Part shown: positions 10,163 through 21,297 of the stretch, one piece after another
How positions within the stretch are numbered: the stretch's first letter is position 1
Layout of the letters: every line of letters starts with the position of its first letter
NCBI GenBank assembly: GCA_039794085.1
Contig: JBDIWC010000003.1
Location: 72,152-136,151 of the forward strand
Direction: 5' to 3'
Source of the DNA: Gemmatimonadales bacterium
Lineage (GTDB): Bacteria; Gemmatimonadota; Gemmatimonadetes; Gemmatimonadales; GWC2-71-9
Length of the DNA stretch: 64,000 nt
The notes under the pieces: model-generated
Seen by the model: only the letters and a program-made list of their open reading frames with translations
Databases searched by the model: none
Told to the model about the DNA's origin: nothing
Program-made: the position numbers and the translations under genes

Positions 10163-10539
10163 GGCGCCGCCACGGAAATGGACCGGGAGACGGGGGCCGG
10201 GAGGCCCGGGCCGTCCACCGTCACGGTGATCCGCTTGTAGTCATCGGGTTGGTTCAGGCCTCCGATGCGCGCGATGGTTGTGGTACGGGTCCACCCCGCC
10301 TGCGGGGTATCGGCTTCGACGCCCGCATAGGCGGAGTCGAGGGTGGAATACACGGGCCACTGCCGGGTGAGCGCCAGCTTCTCGTCCGCCGCCTTGGCCG
10401 CAATCGTGCGCGACCGGTCATCGGTCACGGTGTGGAGCATTCGGGACGTGGTGGAGAGAAGCCCCAGCATGACGATCCCGAGCATCGCCACGGCGATGGC
10501 GACCTCGATCAGGGTGAATCCGGCGCGCGATCGAACCAT
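10159..10539 (-). CDS. Prepilin-type minor pilin (PilV-like)
   Basis: RAGFTLIEVAIAVAML class III signal; start at ATG 10539. Confidence 0.82.
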   Translation of the reverse strand: MVRSRAGFTLIEVAIAVAMLGIVMLGLLSTTSRMLHTVTDDRSRTIAAKAADEKLALTRQWPVYSTLDSAYAGVEADTPQAGWTRTTTIARIGGLNQPDDYKRITVTVDGPGLPAPVSRSISVAAP

Positions 10540-10541
10540 GG

Positions 10542-11126
10542 TCAGAACCCCCGGCGCCAGGCGTTGTCGATGTAGCGCATCCACTCGACCCGGCCCGTGG
10601 CGCGCACAATGGACACCGCCCGTGTATCCGACTGATTGTTGGGATCACCGGCCTGGGCCCGGACCGATGTGAGGTAGAATCCCCCCGCAAAATTGGCGCT
10701 GCCGTTCCGGTGAAACACCAGGGTGGGGAGTCCCGTCATCCCGACGGGGAAGTTCACCAGGGCAGCGCCGAAGGGAAGAGCTGGAGCTCCCGCCCTCCCG
10801 AAAACGACCTGCGATTCCAGGGGGACGGCTCGCGATCTTTCCCCGGCGTCCAGGCTGCCGTTGTTGTTCGCGTCGAAGATCATACGGACCGTTCCTCCCG
10901 GCTCGTCGAAGGTGACCAGCACGTCGTGCTGCCGGGCGATCCCCTCGCGTTGGGCGGCCTGAAGGGCCGTGCCCAGGCCGATCATCGCACTTTCGGCCTC
11001 GGTCCGGGATACATTGATCCGGGGAAGGGCGATGGTCGTCAGGATCCCGATGATGGTGACCGTGACGAGCATCTCCATCAGGGTGAAGCCGTGGGACAAT
11101 CTGCTGTTGCTCGGCGCTGCGGTCAT
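10542..11126 (-). CDS. FimT/GspH-like minor pilin
   Basis: HGFTLMEMLVTVTIIGIL; AQREGI; DANNNG..D.GE; start at ATG 11126. Confidence 0.82.
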   Translation of the reverse strand: MTAAPSNSRLSHGFTLMEMLVTVTIIGILTTIALPRINVSRTEAESAMIGLGTALQAAQREGIARQHDVLVTFDEPGGTVRMIFDANNNGSLDAGERSRAVPLESQVVFGRAGAPALPFGAALVNFPVGMTGLPTLVFHRNGSANFAGGFYLTSVRAQAGDPNNQSDTRAVSIVRATGRVEWMRYIDNAWRRGF

Positions 11127-11415
11127 CAGCCCTCCTGGGCCCGTGCGGAGATATTTCCTCAGTTCCATCCAGCAAGCGACGTGCCGGGGGTGCCACCGCG
11201 TCGGATTGTGTCACCAACGCCTTGGGAGACAGTGACTTGTATCCCCGAGGAACAACCCGGTTCTTCCCCCCCCCGCTGTAGTGGTGCCGTCGCATTCTGC
11301 GGAGGTCGAACAACGGGAATGACAAAGAAGGATACAGCATGACAAATGTTGCAGTCCGGGGGATAGATACTTGCAAGACGGGAAATCACAGCCTAGTGGC
11401 TGGGAGCCGAAATCC

Positions 11416-12141
11416 GTGACTCGAGAAGAATTCGATCACCTGATCCGGGGCATGATGGCCGACATGCCCGAGGAGTATCTCCATGGGGTCGCCGGGATCG
11501 ATATTTCTCCCCGGGCCGTTCCCCACCCGGTCCACGCGGGAATCTTCACTCTCGGCGAATGCATTCCCTTGCCCGCCACCGACGACTCCCCCGAGGGAAT
11601 CCAGAGCCGCATCGTGCTCTACCACGGCTCCTTCCGGGCCCTCGCCTCGATGCGGGATGACTTTGACTGGAAGGGCGAAGCCTGGGAAACCCTGACCCAC
11701 GAAATCCGGCACCACCTGGAGTGGAAGGCCCGGGTTCCCGACCTGGAAGCGTACGATGACGCGTGCGAACAGAACTTCGCCCGGCAGGAAGGGGACCCCT
11801 TCGATCCGATGTTCTATCGGGGAGGAGAACGGCTGGCCGAGGGCGTATTCAAGGTGGAGGAGGACGTGTTCCTTGAACGTCGACTGGTGCGTCTCCCGCC
11901 GGAAATCACGGTCGCCTGGCATGGACGGGAGCATCGGGTGCGGATCCCCCGCGGTCTCTCCCTCCCGCTCTTCCTCTCCCTGGAAGGCCTCGAACCCGAC
12001 CCTTCCGGGGAGGTTGTCCTGGCCCTCCATCGCCGATCACTTCTCGGCGCCCTGTTCCGGCCGCGACCCGTCACCCAGGAGGTGGCCGAAGCGATCCCCG
12101 AGGGCCTATCTTCCGGGCAGAGGACAGAGGAGGAGACCTGA
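11416..12141 (+). CDS. Zincin-like metallopeptidase (minimal zincin/DUF1025-like)
   Basis: TLTHEIRHH (HExxH) preceded by RIVLY; GTG start at 11416. Confidence 0.75.
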   Translation: MTREEFDHLIRGMMADMPEEYLHGVAGIDISPRAVPHPVHAGIFTLGECIPLPATDDSPEGIQSRIVLYHGSFRALASMRDDFDWKGEAWETLTHEIRHHLEWKARVPDLEAYDDACEQNFARQEGDPFDPMFYRGGERLAEGVFKVEEDVFLERRLVRLPPEITVAWHGREHRVRIPRGLSLPLFLSLEGLEPDPSGEVVLALHRRSLLGALFRPRPVTQEVAEAIPEGLSSGQRTEEET

Positions 12142-13233
12142 ATGTTCCACCGATTGATGGCCCTCGTGTTGGCGCTCCAGGTGGTGGCGACATCCTCCAC
12201 CCTGGCGCAGGCCGCTGAGCCGGGGTTCCGCGTCGGGGTGGTGAGTGAATCCGGCGACATCGTGACCTGGTTCCGGCCGGACGGCCCGGCGCTGATCCGG
12301 GAGCGCGTGGTGCCGGTGGGAATGATGCCGGGCGACCCCGACGGGCCTCACAATCTCGCCGTGGCGCCCGACCAGCGTTCCTATTACATCACCATCGCCC
12401 ATGGCGTGCCCACCGGCTCCCTCTGGCGCTTCGATGCCGTGACGGACTCGGTGCTGGGTCGCGCCCCGGCGGACATGTATCCCACGACCATCGGTCTGAC
12501 TCCCGATGGCGACTTCGCCTTCGTCGCCAACTCCGATTTCTTCGGCATCCATCCGGCCATGAATCCGGTGACGGTGGTGTACACCCCCACGATGCGAACG
12601 CTGACCTCCATTCCGGCCTGCGACATGCCGCACGGTGTGCGGGTGAATCACGCCGGCACCCGCGTGTACGTGTCGTGCATGCATGATGACACGATCCTGG
12701 TCATCGATCCCGGAACCTTTCGCGTCACCGGACACCTCTCCCTGGACTCCGGGTCGCACACCGGGGCGGGTGACGTGCACGCCGGATCCTGCTCCCCGAC
12801 CTTCGTGTCGGTGTCGGCGGATGATCGCACACTCTACGTGGCCTGCAACGCCGCGAGTGACGTGAGAGTTGTCGACGTGGAGACGAGTCGGGTGACGGCC
12901 AGGATCGCGGTCGGAGAGGGGGCATACAACGTCGAACCGACCCGGGATGGGCTCCATCTGGTGGTGACCAACAAGAAGGGGCGCAGCGTCAGCCTGGTCG
13001 ATCTGGCCTCGGCGCGGGAAACGGCGCGCATCACCACCACCAAGGGCGTGGTCCACGGTGTCGCCTTCTCGCCCGATGGCCGATACGCCTATATTTCCGC
13101 CGAGTCGGTGGGTGCCGATCCCGGATCCATCGACACGATCGACCTGAGCACCGGCACGGTGGTGGGCACGGTGTCCGTGCCCTTTCAACCGACCGGCATC
13201 GCCATTCTCCGCTCTGCCGAGGAGACTCCCTGA
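12142..13233 (+). CDS. Secreted YVTN/YncE-type beta-propeller protein
   Basis: Signal peptide; repeated blades (AVAPDQRSYY, LTPDGDFAFV, FSPDGRYAYI). Confidence 0.8.
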   Translation: MFHRLMALVLALQVVATSSTLAQAAEPGFRVGVVSESGDIVTWFRPDGPALIRERVVPVGMMPGDPDGPHNLAVAPDQRSYYITIAHGVPTGSLWRFDAVTDSVLGRAPADMYPTTIGLTPDGDFAFVANSDFFGIHPAMNPVTVVYTPTMRTLTSIPACDMPHGVRVNHAGTRVYVSCMHDDTILVIDPGTFRVTGHLSLDSGSHTGAGDVHAGSCSPTFVSVSADDRTLYVACNAASDVRVVDVETSRVTARIAVGEGAYNVEPTRDGLHLVVTNKKGRSVSLVDLASARETARITTTKGVVHGVAFSPDGRYAYISAESVGADPGSIDTIDLSTGTVVGTVSVPFQPTGIAILRSAEETP

Positions 13234-13505
13234 TGGTGCACGAAACGACCACCACCTTGGCCGCGGCCGACATCCTGGCCCGGGCCCGGCATTTCTTCGC
13301 CGAGCGGGTTCCCCATCAGGCCGCGTTCCCCGAGGCCGAGGGTCCGACCCACCTTCTGTTGCGCGGTCAGGGGGGGGAGGAGGTCGCTCTGGCGATCCTG
13401 CCCGCGGAGGATGGTGCCGTGCGGGTGCGGGCCAGCACCCTGCTCTTCGATCAGGCCGTGGCGCGCTTCCTGTCCACTCTTCCTCCGGCGGCGGGTGCGG
13501 CATGA
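13233..13505 (+). CDS. Hypothetical protein (90 aa)
   Basis: Translationally coupled on both sides (TGATG and ATGA overlaps). Confidence 0.65.
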   Translation: MVHETTTTLAAADILARARHFFAERVPHQAAFPEAEGPTHLLLRGQGGEEVALAILPAEDGAVRVRASTLLFDQAVARFLSTLPPAAGAA

Positions 13506-13762
13506 CGGCCGACACCGTGACGGTCCGGGTGATGGTTCTGGAAACCTGGGACGAGATCCCCCTCACGCTCCCGCTCACCGCCACCGTGGCCGACCTGAAG
13601 CGCGAGGCCCTGGCGGCGACTCGGGCCGGGCTCCCCGCTGAGCGCTGCGAGCTCAAGTTCCGGGGAGCACTCTGCTCCGATGACGCCACCCTGGCCTCGC
13701 TGGATCTGGTTCCCGACGCCAATTTGATCGTCCTCCCCCGGCGCCGGATCCCCGTGCGGTGA
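13502..13762 (+). CDS. Ubiquitin-like (beta-grasp, YukD/EsaB-like) small protein
   Basis: TVADLK...LKFRGA...DDATLASLDL...NLIVL parallels ubiquitin TIENVK...LIFAGK...DGRTLSDYNI...TLHLVL; no C-terminal GG. Confidence 0.65.
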   Translation: MTADTVTVRVMVLETWDEIPLTLPLTATVADLKREALAATRAGLPAERCELKFRGALCSDDATLASLDLVPDANLIVLPRRRIPVR

Positions 13763-14030
13763 CGGCTCCCCCCGGCCCGCGAGCCGGTGTGTCCCGCCTC
13801 CTGACAACATTCGCGATCGGGATCCTCGTTCTCGACGGTGTGCTCCTGCTGATCGCGGGGTGGGATCAGGGCCGGGTGTCTCTGATGGGAGGCGGGGCGG
13901 TGTCCCTCCTGCTGGCCGGCGCGATGCGCTGGGCCTGGAAGCGCCACCAGCGGCTCCGGGAGGAGGTGGCGCGGGAGCGACAGGCCCTGGCCGATGAGGC
14001 GCGTGAGATGCGCAACCTGCTGCGCCGGAG

Positions 14031-14034
<4 letters not shown>
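13759..14034 (+). CDS. Small two-TM membrane protein with C-terminal coiled coil
   Basis: Two hydrophobic segments then a charged helix; coupled overlaps. Confidence 0.65.
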
Positions 14035-14930
<896 letters not shown>

Positions 14931-15001
14931 ACCGGGGGACGGTATACTTCAGGCTTCGTGCGCCACGTTTTCGTCTCCCTGTCCTCCGCCCTGAGGTGAC
15001 C

Positions 15002-16027
15002 GTGTCCTCCCCCCTGCGTCTCCACGCCGAGATCCTGGCCCTCCAGACCCGGCATCCCTTCATCATCGCCCGGGGAACCCACCATGAGATCCGGACCGTG
15101 CAGGTCACCCTTCGGGACGAAAACGGCCTGGAGGGCTGGGGCGAGGCCGCGCCGCAGCGGTACTACGGCGAAACGCCGGAAACGGTCCTCGCCGCGCTGG
15201 GTCGCTACGCCACGGCCCTCCCCGACGATCCCTTTGACCTGGAGGCTGCCGAGCGGAATCTGGTCCTGACCCTGGCGGGGAACCCGTCGGCGCGAGCCGC
15301 TGTGTCGATGGCGCTCCACGATCTCGTCGGAAAGCGCCTCGGTGTGCCCCTGTACCGGCTGTGGGGGCTCGATCCCGCGGCGTCCCCGGCCAGCACCTTC
15401 ACCATCGGCATTGACACGGCGGAGCGGATCCGGCTCAAGATCCGCGAGGCCGCCTCCTATCCGATCCTCAAGATCAAGCTGGGTAGCGACCGGGATCACG
15501 AGATCCTCCGGACCATCCGCGACGAGACCGACCGGGAACTCCGGGTCGATGCCAACTGCGGGTGGACGGTGAAGCAGGCGATCGCGATGCTGCCGGTGCT
15601 GGAGGACCACGGGGTGACGGTGCTGGAGCAACCCCTTCCGCCGGGTGACCTCGAGGGGTTGGCGCGGGTGACCGCCGCCGCTCCCATGCCGGTCCTGGCC
15701 GACGAAAGCTGCCTCACGGTGGCCGACATCCCCCGCCTGGTCGGGTGCGTGGACGGGATCAACATCAAGCTCGCCAAGTGCGGGAGCCTTCGGGAGGCGC
15801 TCCGGATGGTGGCGGTGGCCCGGGCTCACGAGATGTGTGTCATGGTCGGGTGCATGGTGGAGTCGTCCATCGGCATCACCGCCGCGGCCCACCTGACCCC
15901 CTTGCTCGACTATGTGGATCTGGATGGGGCCGCGCTCCTCGCCAAGGATCCCTTTGCCGGGGCCACGATCGAGGGGGGTGTGGTTCACCTGCCCGAGGGT
16001 CCCGGCCTCGGGGTCGTGGCGCGGTAG
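15002..16027 (+). CDS. Dipeptide epimerase (L-Ala-D/L-Glu epimerase, enolase superfamily)
   Basis: GWGEA, LKIKLG, RVDAN, EQP, ADES, NIKLAKCG, DLDG; GTG start 14996 or 15002. Confidence 0.9.
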   Translation: MSSPLRLHAEILALQTRHPFIIARGTHHEIRTVQVTLRDENGLEGWGEAAPQRYYGETPETVLAALGRYATALPDDPFDLEAAERNLVLTLAGNPSARAAVSMALHDLVGKRLGVPLYRLWGLDPAASPASTFTIGIDTAERIRLKIREAASYPILKIKLGSDRDHEILRTIRDETDRELRVDANCGWTVKQAIAMLPVLEDHGVTVLEQPLPPGDLEGLARVTAAAPMPVLADESCLTVADIPRLVGCVDGINIKLAKCGSLREALRMVAVARAHEMCVMVGCMVESSIGITAAAHLTPLLDYVDLDGAALLAKDPFAGATIEGGVVHLPEGPGLGVVAR

Positions 16028-16039
16028 AGTTCGCACGGC

Positions 16040-18496
16040 GTGGCCCGTGCCTCGAATGTCTCCATGAACGCTCCCACCGGGTTTGCCAGCGTGGCCTTGC
16101 CGCTGCCGCTCGCAACGCCCTACACCTACGGGATTCCGGCCACCCTGGCCGACCGGATCGTTCCCGGGGCCCGGGTGGTGGTTCCCGTGAGAGGTCGGGA
16201 ACTGGTCGGCATTGTCACCGCCCTCGGTGTGGGTGAGCCTGGTCCGGGGGTGACGGTCCGGCTGATCCTCGCCGCCCCCGATGCCGAACCGGCCCTCGCT
16301 CCTCCGCTCCTGGCCACTGCGGAGTGGATGAGTCGCTACTATGGTGCCCCGATCGGACTTACCCTGCGCGGGATGCTGCCGCGGGGGCTCTGGGGCGCGT
16401 CCCGCCTGGTCCTGGAACTCATGCCCGATCCGCCCGTCACCGGGGGCTTGGCGGGCGACCTTCTCGAGTGGCTCGCGGCACGGGAGGGTGAGGGGCTGCT
16501 CTCCAGCGCCGTCCGGACTCTCCGGAAACCGCTCTGGGACGTGGTGAACCGGCTGGTGCGGATCGGGGCCCTCCAACTCCGCTGCGATCCGGTGGACGCC
16601 GAGCCTCGGCCTGCCACAACGCGGGTGGCGGTGATAACGGGGGAGGGGCTCACTCTCCTGGAGCGCGACGCCCTCTTCCGCCGGGCCCCGAAGCAGCGCG
16701 CCCTCTATGAGACGCTCGAACGATCGGGAGGAACCCTGGCCGTGCCCCATCTCCTGCGGGAGGCGAGTGCAGGCCGGGGGGCCCTGAACCATCTGGTGGA
16801 GCGCGGGGTGGTGGTTCTCCGTGAGGCGGAGGTCCATCGCGATCCCTTCGAGGGGGATCCGGGAACACCACCGCCCGGTCCTCCCACGGTGGCACAGCAG
16901 ACGGCGCTGGTCCGGACCCTGGCGCTCGATCCCGGCGCGGGAGCCCTCCTGTTCGGGGTCACGGGGAGTGGCAAGACTCTGGTTTATCTCGATCTGGTGC
17001 GCGCGGCCCTAGCGGAGGGGCGCGGGGCGATCCTGCTGGTGCCGGAGATCAGTCTCACTCCCCAGACGGTCAGCCGCCTGCGGGGCGCCTTCGGCAACCA
17101 GGTGGCGGTGCTGCACAGCGGGCTCTCCGACGGGGAGCGCCTCGATGCCTGGCGGGCCCTGCGCCGTGGCGAGCGACGGGTCGCGGTGGGGGCGCGTTCG
17201 GCGATCTTTGCCCCCGTGGAGGATCCGGGCGTGATCATCATCGATGAGGAGCACGAAGCGAGCTACAAGAACGGGGAGACCCCCCGATACCATGCGCGGG
17301 ACGTGGCGGCGGTCCGTGCCCGCGAGGAGGGAGCCCGGCTGGTATACGGAAGCGCCACTCCCTCCCTGGAACTCTGGGCTGCGGCGAGCGAGGGCCGGAT
17401 CACCCGGGTTGACCTCCCCGATCGGATCGGCACCCGGGGCATGCCCCCCGTCGAGGTGGTCGACCTGCGGTGCGCTCCCCTGGTGCCGGGAACCGGGGCC
17501 GTGCCCTGGTCGGTCACGCTGGACGAGACGATTCATTCCGCGCTCGAGCGCGGCGAACAGGTACTCCTCCTGCTCAACCGGAGGGGGTTCGCCTCCTGGC
17601 TCCAATGCCCGTCGTGCGGGGCGGTCACCGAATGTCCCTCGTGCAGCATCGCGCTCACCGTGCACCGGTCTCCCGAGGAGTTGCGCTGTCATTACTGCGA
17701 CCATCGCGCCCCGATGCCCACCGCGTGCGCCACCTGCGGGGGAACGGTGCAACGTCAGCGGGGAGTGGGGACGCAGCAGCTTGAGGCGGTGGTCGCCGAG
17801 CGCTTTCCCACAGCCCGGATCGCCCGGATGGACCTGGACACCACGGGCCCCAAGTGGAGCCATCACCGGATTCTCGGCGCCGTGGGCCGGCGGGAGGTGG
17901 ACATTCTCCTGGGGACCCAGATGATCGCCAAGGGAATAGACTTTCCCTGGGTGACCGTGGTCGGGGTGATCGATGCCGACACGTCCCTCGCCCTCCCGGA
18001 TTTCCGGTCCGCCGAACGCACCTTTCAGCTGATTGCGCAGGTGGGAGGCCGGGCGGGCCGGGGTCCCGCCGGGGGACGCGTGATCGTGCAGACCCGGCAG
18101 CCGGAGCATCACGCCATCCACTGTGCCTCGCATCACGATGCGCCCGGTTTCCTGGCCGAGGAACTGTCCCAGAGGCGGATGCCACCCTATCCCCCCGTGA
18201 CCTCACTCGTCCATCTGGTGATCTCGGGGCCGGTGGAGGAACGGGTGGCGGCCCGGGCCGAGGCTCTCGCGGCGTGGCTGCGCCGGATGGTCGAGCGCCA
18301 TGCCCTGGAGCTCGACGTGCTGGGGCCCGCCGCCTGCCCCCTGGCGCGCATCCGGGACCGGTGGCGGTGGCACGTGATTCTCAAGGGGACGGCGCCGGTC
18401 CTGGGGCGGATGGTGCGCGCGCTGTCCCCGCGCATCGGGAGCGAGAGGGGGGGGGTGCGGATCCAGCTCGACCGGGACCCTGTGGCGCTTTTATAG
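16040..18496 (+). CDS. priA: Primosomal protein N' (replication restart helicase)
   Basis: GVTGSGKT, LVPEISLTPQ, DEEHE, four CxxC pairs, GTQMIAKG; start may be 16064. Confidence 0.97.
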   Translation: MARASNVSMNAPTGFASVALPLPLATPYTYGIPATLADRIVPGARVVVPVRGRELVGIVTALGVGEPGPGVTVRLILAAPDAEPALAPPLLATAEWMSRYYGAPIGLTLRGMLPRGLWGASRLVLELMPDPPVTGGLAGDLLEWLAAREGEGLLSSAVRTLRKPLWDVVNRLVRIGALQLRCDPVDAEPRPATTRVAVITGEGLTLLERDALFRRAPKQRALYETLERSGGTLAVPHLLREASAGRGALNHLVERGVVVLREAEVHRDPFEGDPGTPPPGPPTVAQQTALVRTLALDPGAGALLFGVTGSGKTLVYLDLVRAALAEGRGAILLVPEISLTPQTVSRLRGAFGNQVAVLHSGLSDGERLDAWRALRRGERRVAVGARSAIFAPVEDPGVIIIDEEHEASYKNGETPRYHARDVAAVRAREEGARLVYGSATPSLELWAAASEGRITRVDLPDRIGTRGMPPVEVVDLRCAPLVPGTGAVPWSVTLDETIHSALERGEQVLLLLNRRGFASWLQCPSCGAVTECPSCSIALTVHRSPEELRCHYCDHRAPMPTACATCGGTVQRQRGVGTQQLEAVVAERFPTARIARMDLDTTGPKWSHHRILGAVGRREVDILLGTQMIAKGIDFPWVTVVGVIDADTSLALPDFRSAERTFQLIAQVGGRAGRGPAGGRVIVQTRQPEHHAIHCASHHDAPGFLAEELSQRRMPPYPPVTSLVHLVISGPVEERVAARAEALAAWLRRMVERHALELDVLGPAACPLARIRDRWRWHVILKGTAPVLGRMVRALSPRIGSERGGVRIQLDRDPVALL

Positions 18497-18559
18497 GCAA
18501 GGGCCGGGGGTGAGGGCTTCCCGTCGCTCCACGCCTCGCGCGCCAACATCCACATTTGT

Positions 18560-18805
18560 TGTTGGGGGGTGGAAGGGCCCCCATCCTGCCGAGGCCCGCC
18601 ACGCGAGATCGGGAACCTGTCGGGGGAGCCGTCAACCCTCTGTGTCCTCCGCGTTCTCTGTGGTTCAAACCGGGGAGAGGTGGGGCTTGCACACCAGGAT
18701 CCGGTCTTGGTGTTGGGGGGTGGAAGGCCCCCATCCTGCCGATGCCGCAGGTGCAAGATCCGGTGGGCACCTCGACCCCTCTGTGCTCTCTGTGTCTCCG
18801 TGGTT
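18560..18805. repeat. Intergenic direct repeat (151-bp period) carrying 9-bp CTCTGTG-type tracts
   Basis: TGTTGGGGGGTGGAAGG(G)CCCCCATCCTGCCGA at 18560 and 18711; each copy ends in a CTCTGTG..CTC.G.G..CTC.GTGGTT tract. Confidence 0.8.
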
Positions 18806-18824
18806 CAGCTATGGGGAGAGGGGG

Positions 18825-19982
18825 CTAGCGTGGACTACCGCGATCGAGCCCATAGAGGATGACACGATGGAACCCCTCCGTGGGGTCGAGGAGCCGCCCG
18901 AGAATGTAGTCGTGTCCGATCTCGTATGCGGTGAACAGCGCGGGGAGCATGACCTCGGCCACCGGGGCGCCGCCGGGCGCAAAGACGACCCACGCGGCGG
19001 TGTCGGCTGCGCCCGCGGGGTAGCGCCGGACCCAGAGGTGCTCCTCGCCATCGACGAGAAAGTGAGTATAGGTGGGCAGGGTGGTGGGGAAATCCTTGGG
19101 CCACTCCTCGACGAGCTGCGGTTGGCGGCGGGCCGGCTTCCCCAGCGTGTCGAGCATCTTGAAGCGCGCCACGTCCGCTGCGGTGGTCCGGGGGGGCGGC
19201 TCATCCAGGCCGATGGTGCGCAGATGGCTCCCGTCGAGGCCGTAGACCTCGATGGCGAAGCTGTCGGCGGAACCCAGGTACGCGGCGTCCCGGCCCAGGG
19301 CCAGCACCGGTTCCCTTCCCAGAGGATGAGGTCCGCTGCCGTACGTGAAGACGAGTCGCTCGGAGCCGGGATGCGTCCCGAGAGTGTCCCGAATGGTACC
19401 ATCGGGGTGGGAGAGCCAGTAGGGGACCTTCCACCGGACCTTCCCCAACGTCGTCTCTGCTGACACGTTCCATCCGTTGTTCAGATACACACCGTCGGCA
19501 TTGCAGTCGCTCTGGTAGGGTGCCTGCCCGGGCGTCGGACCCGCAATCGAGAAAGTGCGAGCCAGGGTGCCGTCGAGGCTGAACACGGTTATCCGCCTGG
19601 GAGCGATGTCCTGCGCATGCAGCGAGTCCCCGCAGCGGCGGAGGGCGGCGAGATAATCGAACTCGCCCGGTCCCTCACCCTTCCGACCCACGGAGCGCAC
19701 GAAACGGCCTTCCGGGTCGAAGTACCGCAGGGAGGCACTCAACCGATCCGCGACCACCACCGACCCATCCGGCAAACGGGTGGCCCCGGTGACGTCCCCG
19801 AACGAGTGCAGGGTGTCCTCCTCCACGGCCCCGACATCGAAGAGAGGACCGGGAGCGACCGTCCATCGGGTCATCATCACCCTGGAGGGGTCGGGATCAC
19901 CGCCACAGGACCAGAGGAAACCGAGGGCGAGGAGAACGAACCGCCCTCGACCGGCGAACCGCTCCCGGTGCGCGGTGCTCAC
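18825..19982 (-). CDS. 6-bladed beta-propeller (NHL-like) lipoprotein
   Basis: FLWSC lipobox-like signal; VGRKGEGPGEF motif. Confidence 0.75.
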   Translation of the reverse strand: MSTAHRERFAGRGRFVLLALGFLWSCGGDPDPSRVMMTRWTVAPGPLFDVGAVEEDTLHSFGDVTGATRLPDGSVVVADRLSASLRYFDPEGRFVRSVGRKGEGPGEFDYLAALRRCGDSLHAQDIAPRRITVFSLDGTLARTFSIAGPTPGQAPYQSDCNADGVYLNNGWNVSAETTLGKVRWKVPYWLSHPDGTIRDTLGTHPGSERLVFTYGSGPHPLGREPVLALGRDAAYLGSADSFAIEVYGLDGSHLRTIGLDEPPPRTTAADVARFKMLDTLGKPARRQPQLVEEWPKDFPTTLPTYTHFLVDGEEHLWVRRYPAGAADTAAWVVFAPGGAPVAEVMLPALFTAYEIGHDYILGRLLDPTEGFHRVILYGLDRGSPR

Positions 19983-20989
19983 GAATCTTCATCCAGCGTG
20001 ACGGTGCTCTCCCCCGGGTCCTGCCGAAGCGTCATGACGAAACAGGCCCCGCCCAGGGGCGAGTCGGAAATGGCAACGTCCCCCTGGTGAAGCTGGGTAC
20101 ATGCCACCACCGAGGAGAGTCCCAGTCCCATCCCATTGGTTTTGGTCGTGTGAAACGGTTTCAGGATGAGATCTCGCTGGTCGGCGGGGACGCCCGGCCC
20201 GGTGTCGTGCACTTCGATCGTGGCTCTCTCCCGGTCCCTGCTCAACCGGACCTCAATGCGAGACCCGGGCCCGGCTGCCTCGGCGGCATTGATGACCAGA
20301 TTCACCAGGGCGCGCTGCACGATGCTCTCATGACCACGGAACATCATCGGGTGGGCCTCGGGCTCAAACACCAGGGTCGAGGATCGCAGGCGGGGATGAC
20401 GGCGGATCAGGTCCAAGCTCGTACGTACGCTGTGAACCAGATCAAACGTGGAAATTTCGCGACCGGCCCTCCGACCCCCGAGATCGAAGAGCCGCTGGTT
20501 CCAGGTACCGATTTCCTCGAGGGCCCTGGCCGTGTCGTCCGCCAGGGCTCCGGCTCTCGACCCGGCAGCGAGGTCGGACCGCAGGTCCTCGAGGGACATC
20601 ACCGCCACCGTGAGGGCGTTGTTGATGTCATGGGCGATGGTGGTGGCCACAACGCCGGCCAGGACCGCCGCTTCGCCCTGGTGCAGGGCGTGCTGCTGCC
20701 GGGCAATCTGATCCTCGTGGCGACGGATGCGTTCCAGGAGCAGGTAGTTGAACCCGAACATCACGGCGGCTGTCACGATGACGAACACCATCCCCTTGAG
20801 GATTTCCACCCGCTTCAGATCCTCCACACTCGCGGCCTGCTCTCCGGCCAGACTGGAGGAAATCACGATGTAGGCGCCCGCGATGACCAAGTAGAAGAGC
20901 GCCATGACGGCCGCGAGGCGGAGAGCGGAGGGGATCCCGCGGTGGGAAGGGAACAGATCTCCGCGGGAATCGGTGACGAGCGTGACCAT
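19979..20989 (-). CDS. Membrane sensor histidine kinase
   Basis: Two TMs; IAHDINN H-box, NLVINA N-box, DTGPG, PFHTTK, GMGLGL. Confidence 0.92.
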   Translation of the reverse strand: MVTLVTDSRGDLFPSHRGIPSALRLAAVMALFYLVIAGAYIVISSSLAGEQAASVEDLKRVEILKGMVFVIVTAAVMFGFNYLLLERIRRHEDQIARQQHALHQGEAAVLAGVVATTIAHDINNALTVAVMSLEDLRSDLAAGSRAGALADDTARALEEIGTWNQRLFDLGGRRAGREISTFDLVHSVRTSLDLIRRHPRLRSSTLVFEPEAHPMMFRGHESIVQRALVNLVINAAEAAGPGSRIEVRLSRDRERATIEVHDTGPGVPADQRDLILKPFHTTKTNGMGLGLSSVVACTQLHQGDVAISDSPLGGACFVMTLRQDPGESTVTLDEDS

Positions 20990-21092
20990 GTATCTCCTAC
21001 GAGGACGTGGCGAAGGGGTGGTCCGGGAGAGGTCCGATGAAAACCCTCCCCTTTCAAGAAGATGAGACTCAGTTCAAGATGATGCAAGGGTA

Positions 21093-21200
21093 GGGTGTTG
21101 GGTGTTGGGTATTGGGTACTGGGTATTGGGTACTGGGTATTGGGTGCTGGGTATTGGGTACCATTGGGTCCTGGGTATTACTGGGTATTGGGTATTGGGT
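21093..21200. repeat. Tandem 7-bp repeats (GGGTATT/GGGTGTT/GGGTACT)
   Basis: About 14 degenerate heptamers; the same family occurs inverted at 54675-54741 and 60331-60389. Confidence 0.9.
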
Positions 21201-21297
21201 CCTGGGGACCCCTGCGGGGTCCTCGCGATGACATCACGGGTGGCACCGGACGCCCGACATTTCCACGCCCTACGTCCTGTGTCCTGTGTCCTGTGTC

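Noticed and set aside
13502..13762. Type VII secretion or ubiquitin-conjugation system
   Set aside because: No WXG100, EssC, E1, E2 or JAB genes in the window, and no C-terminal GG.
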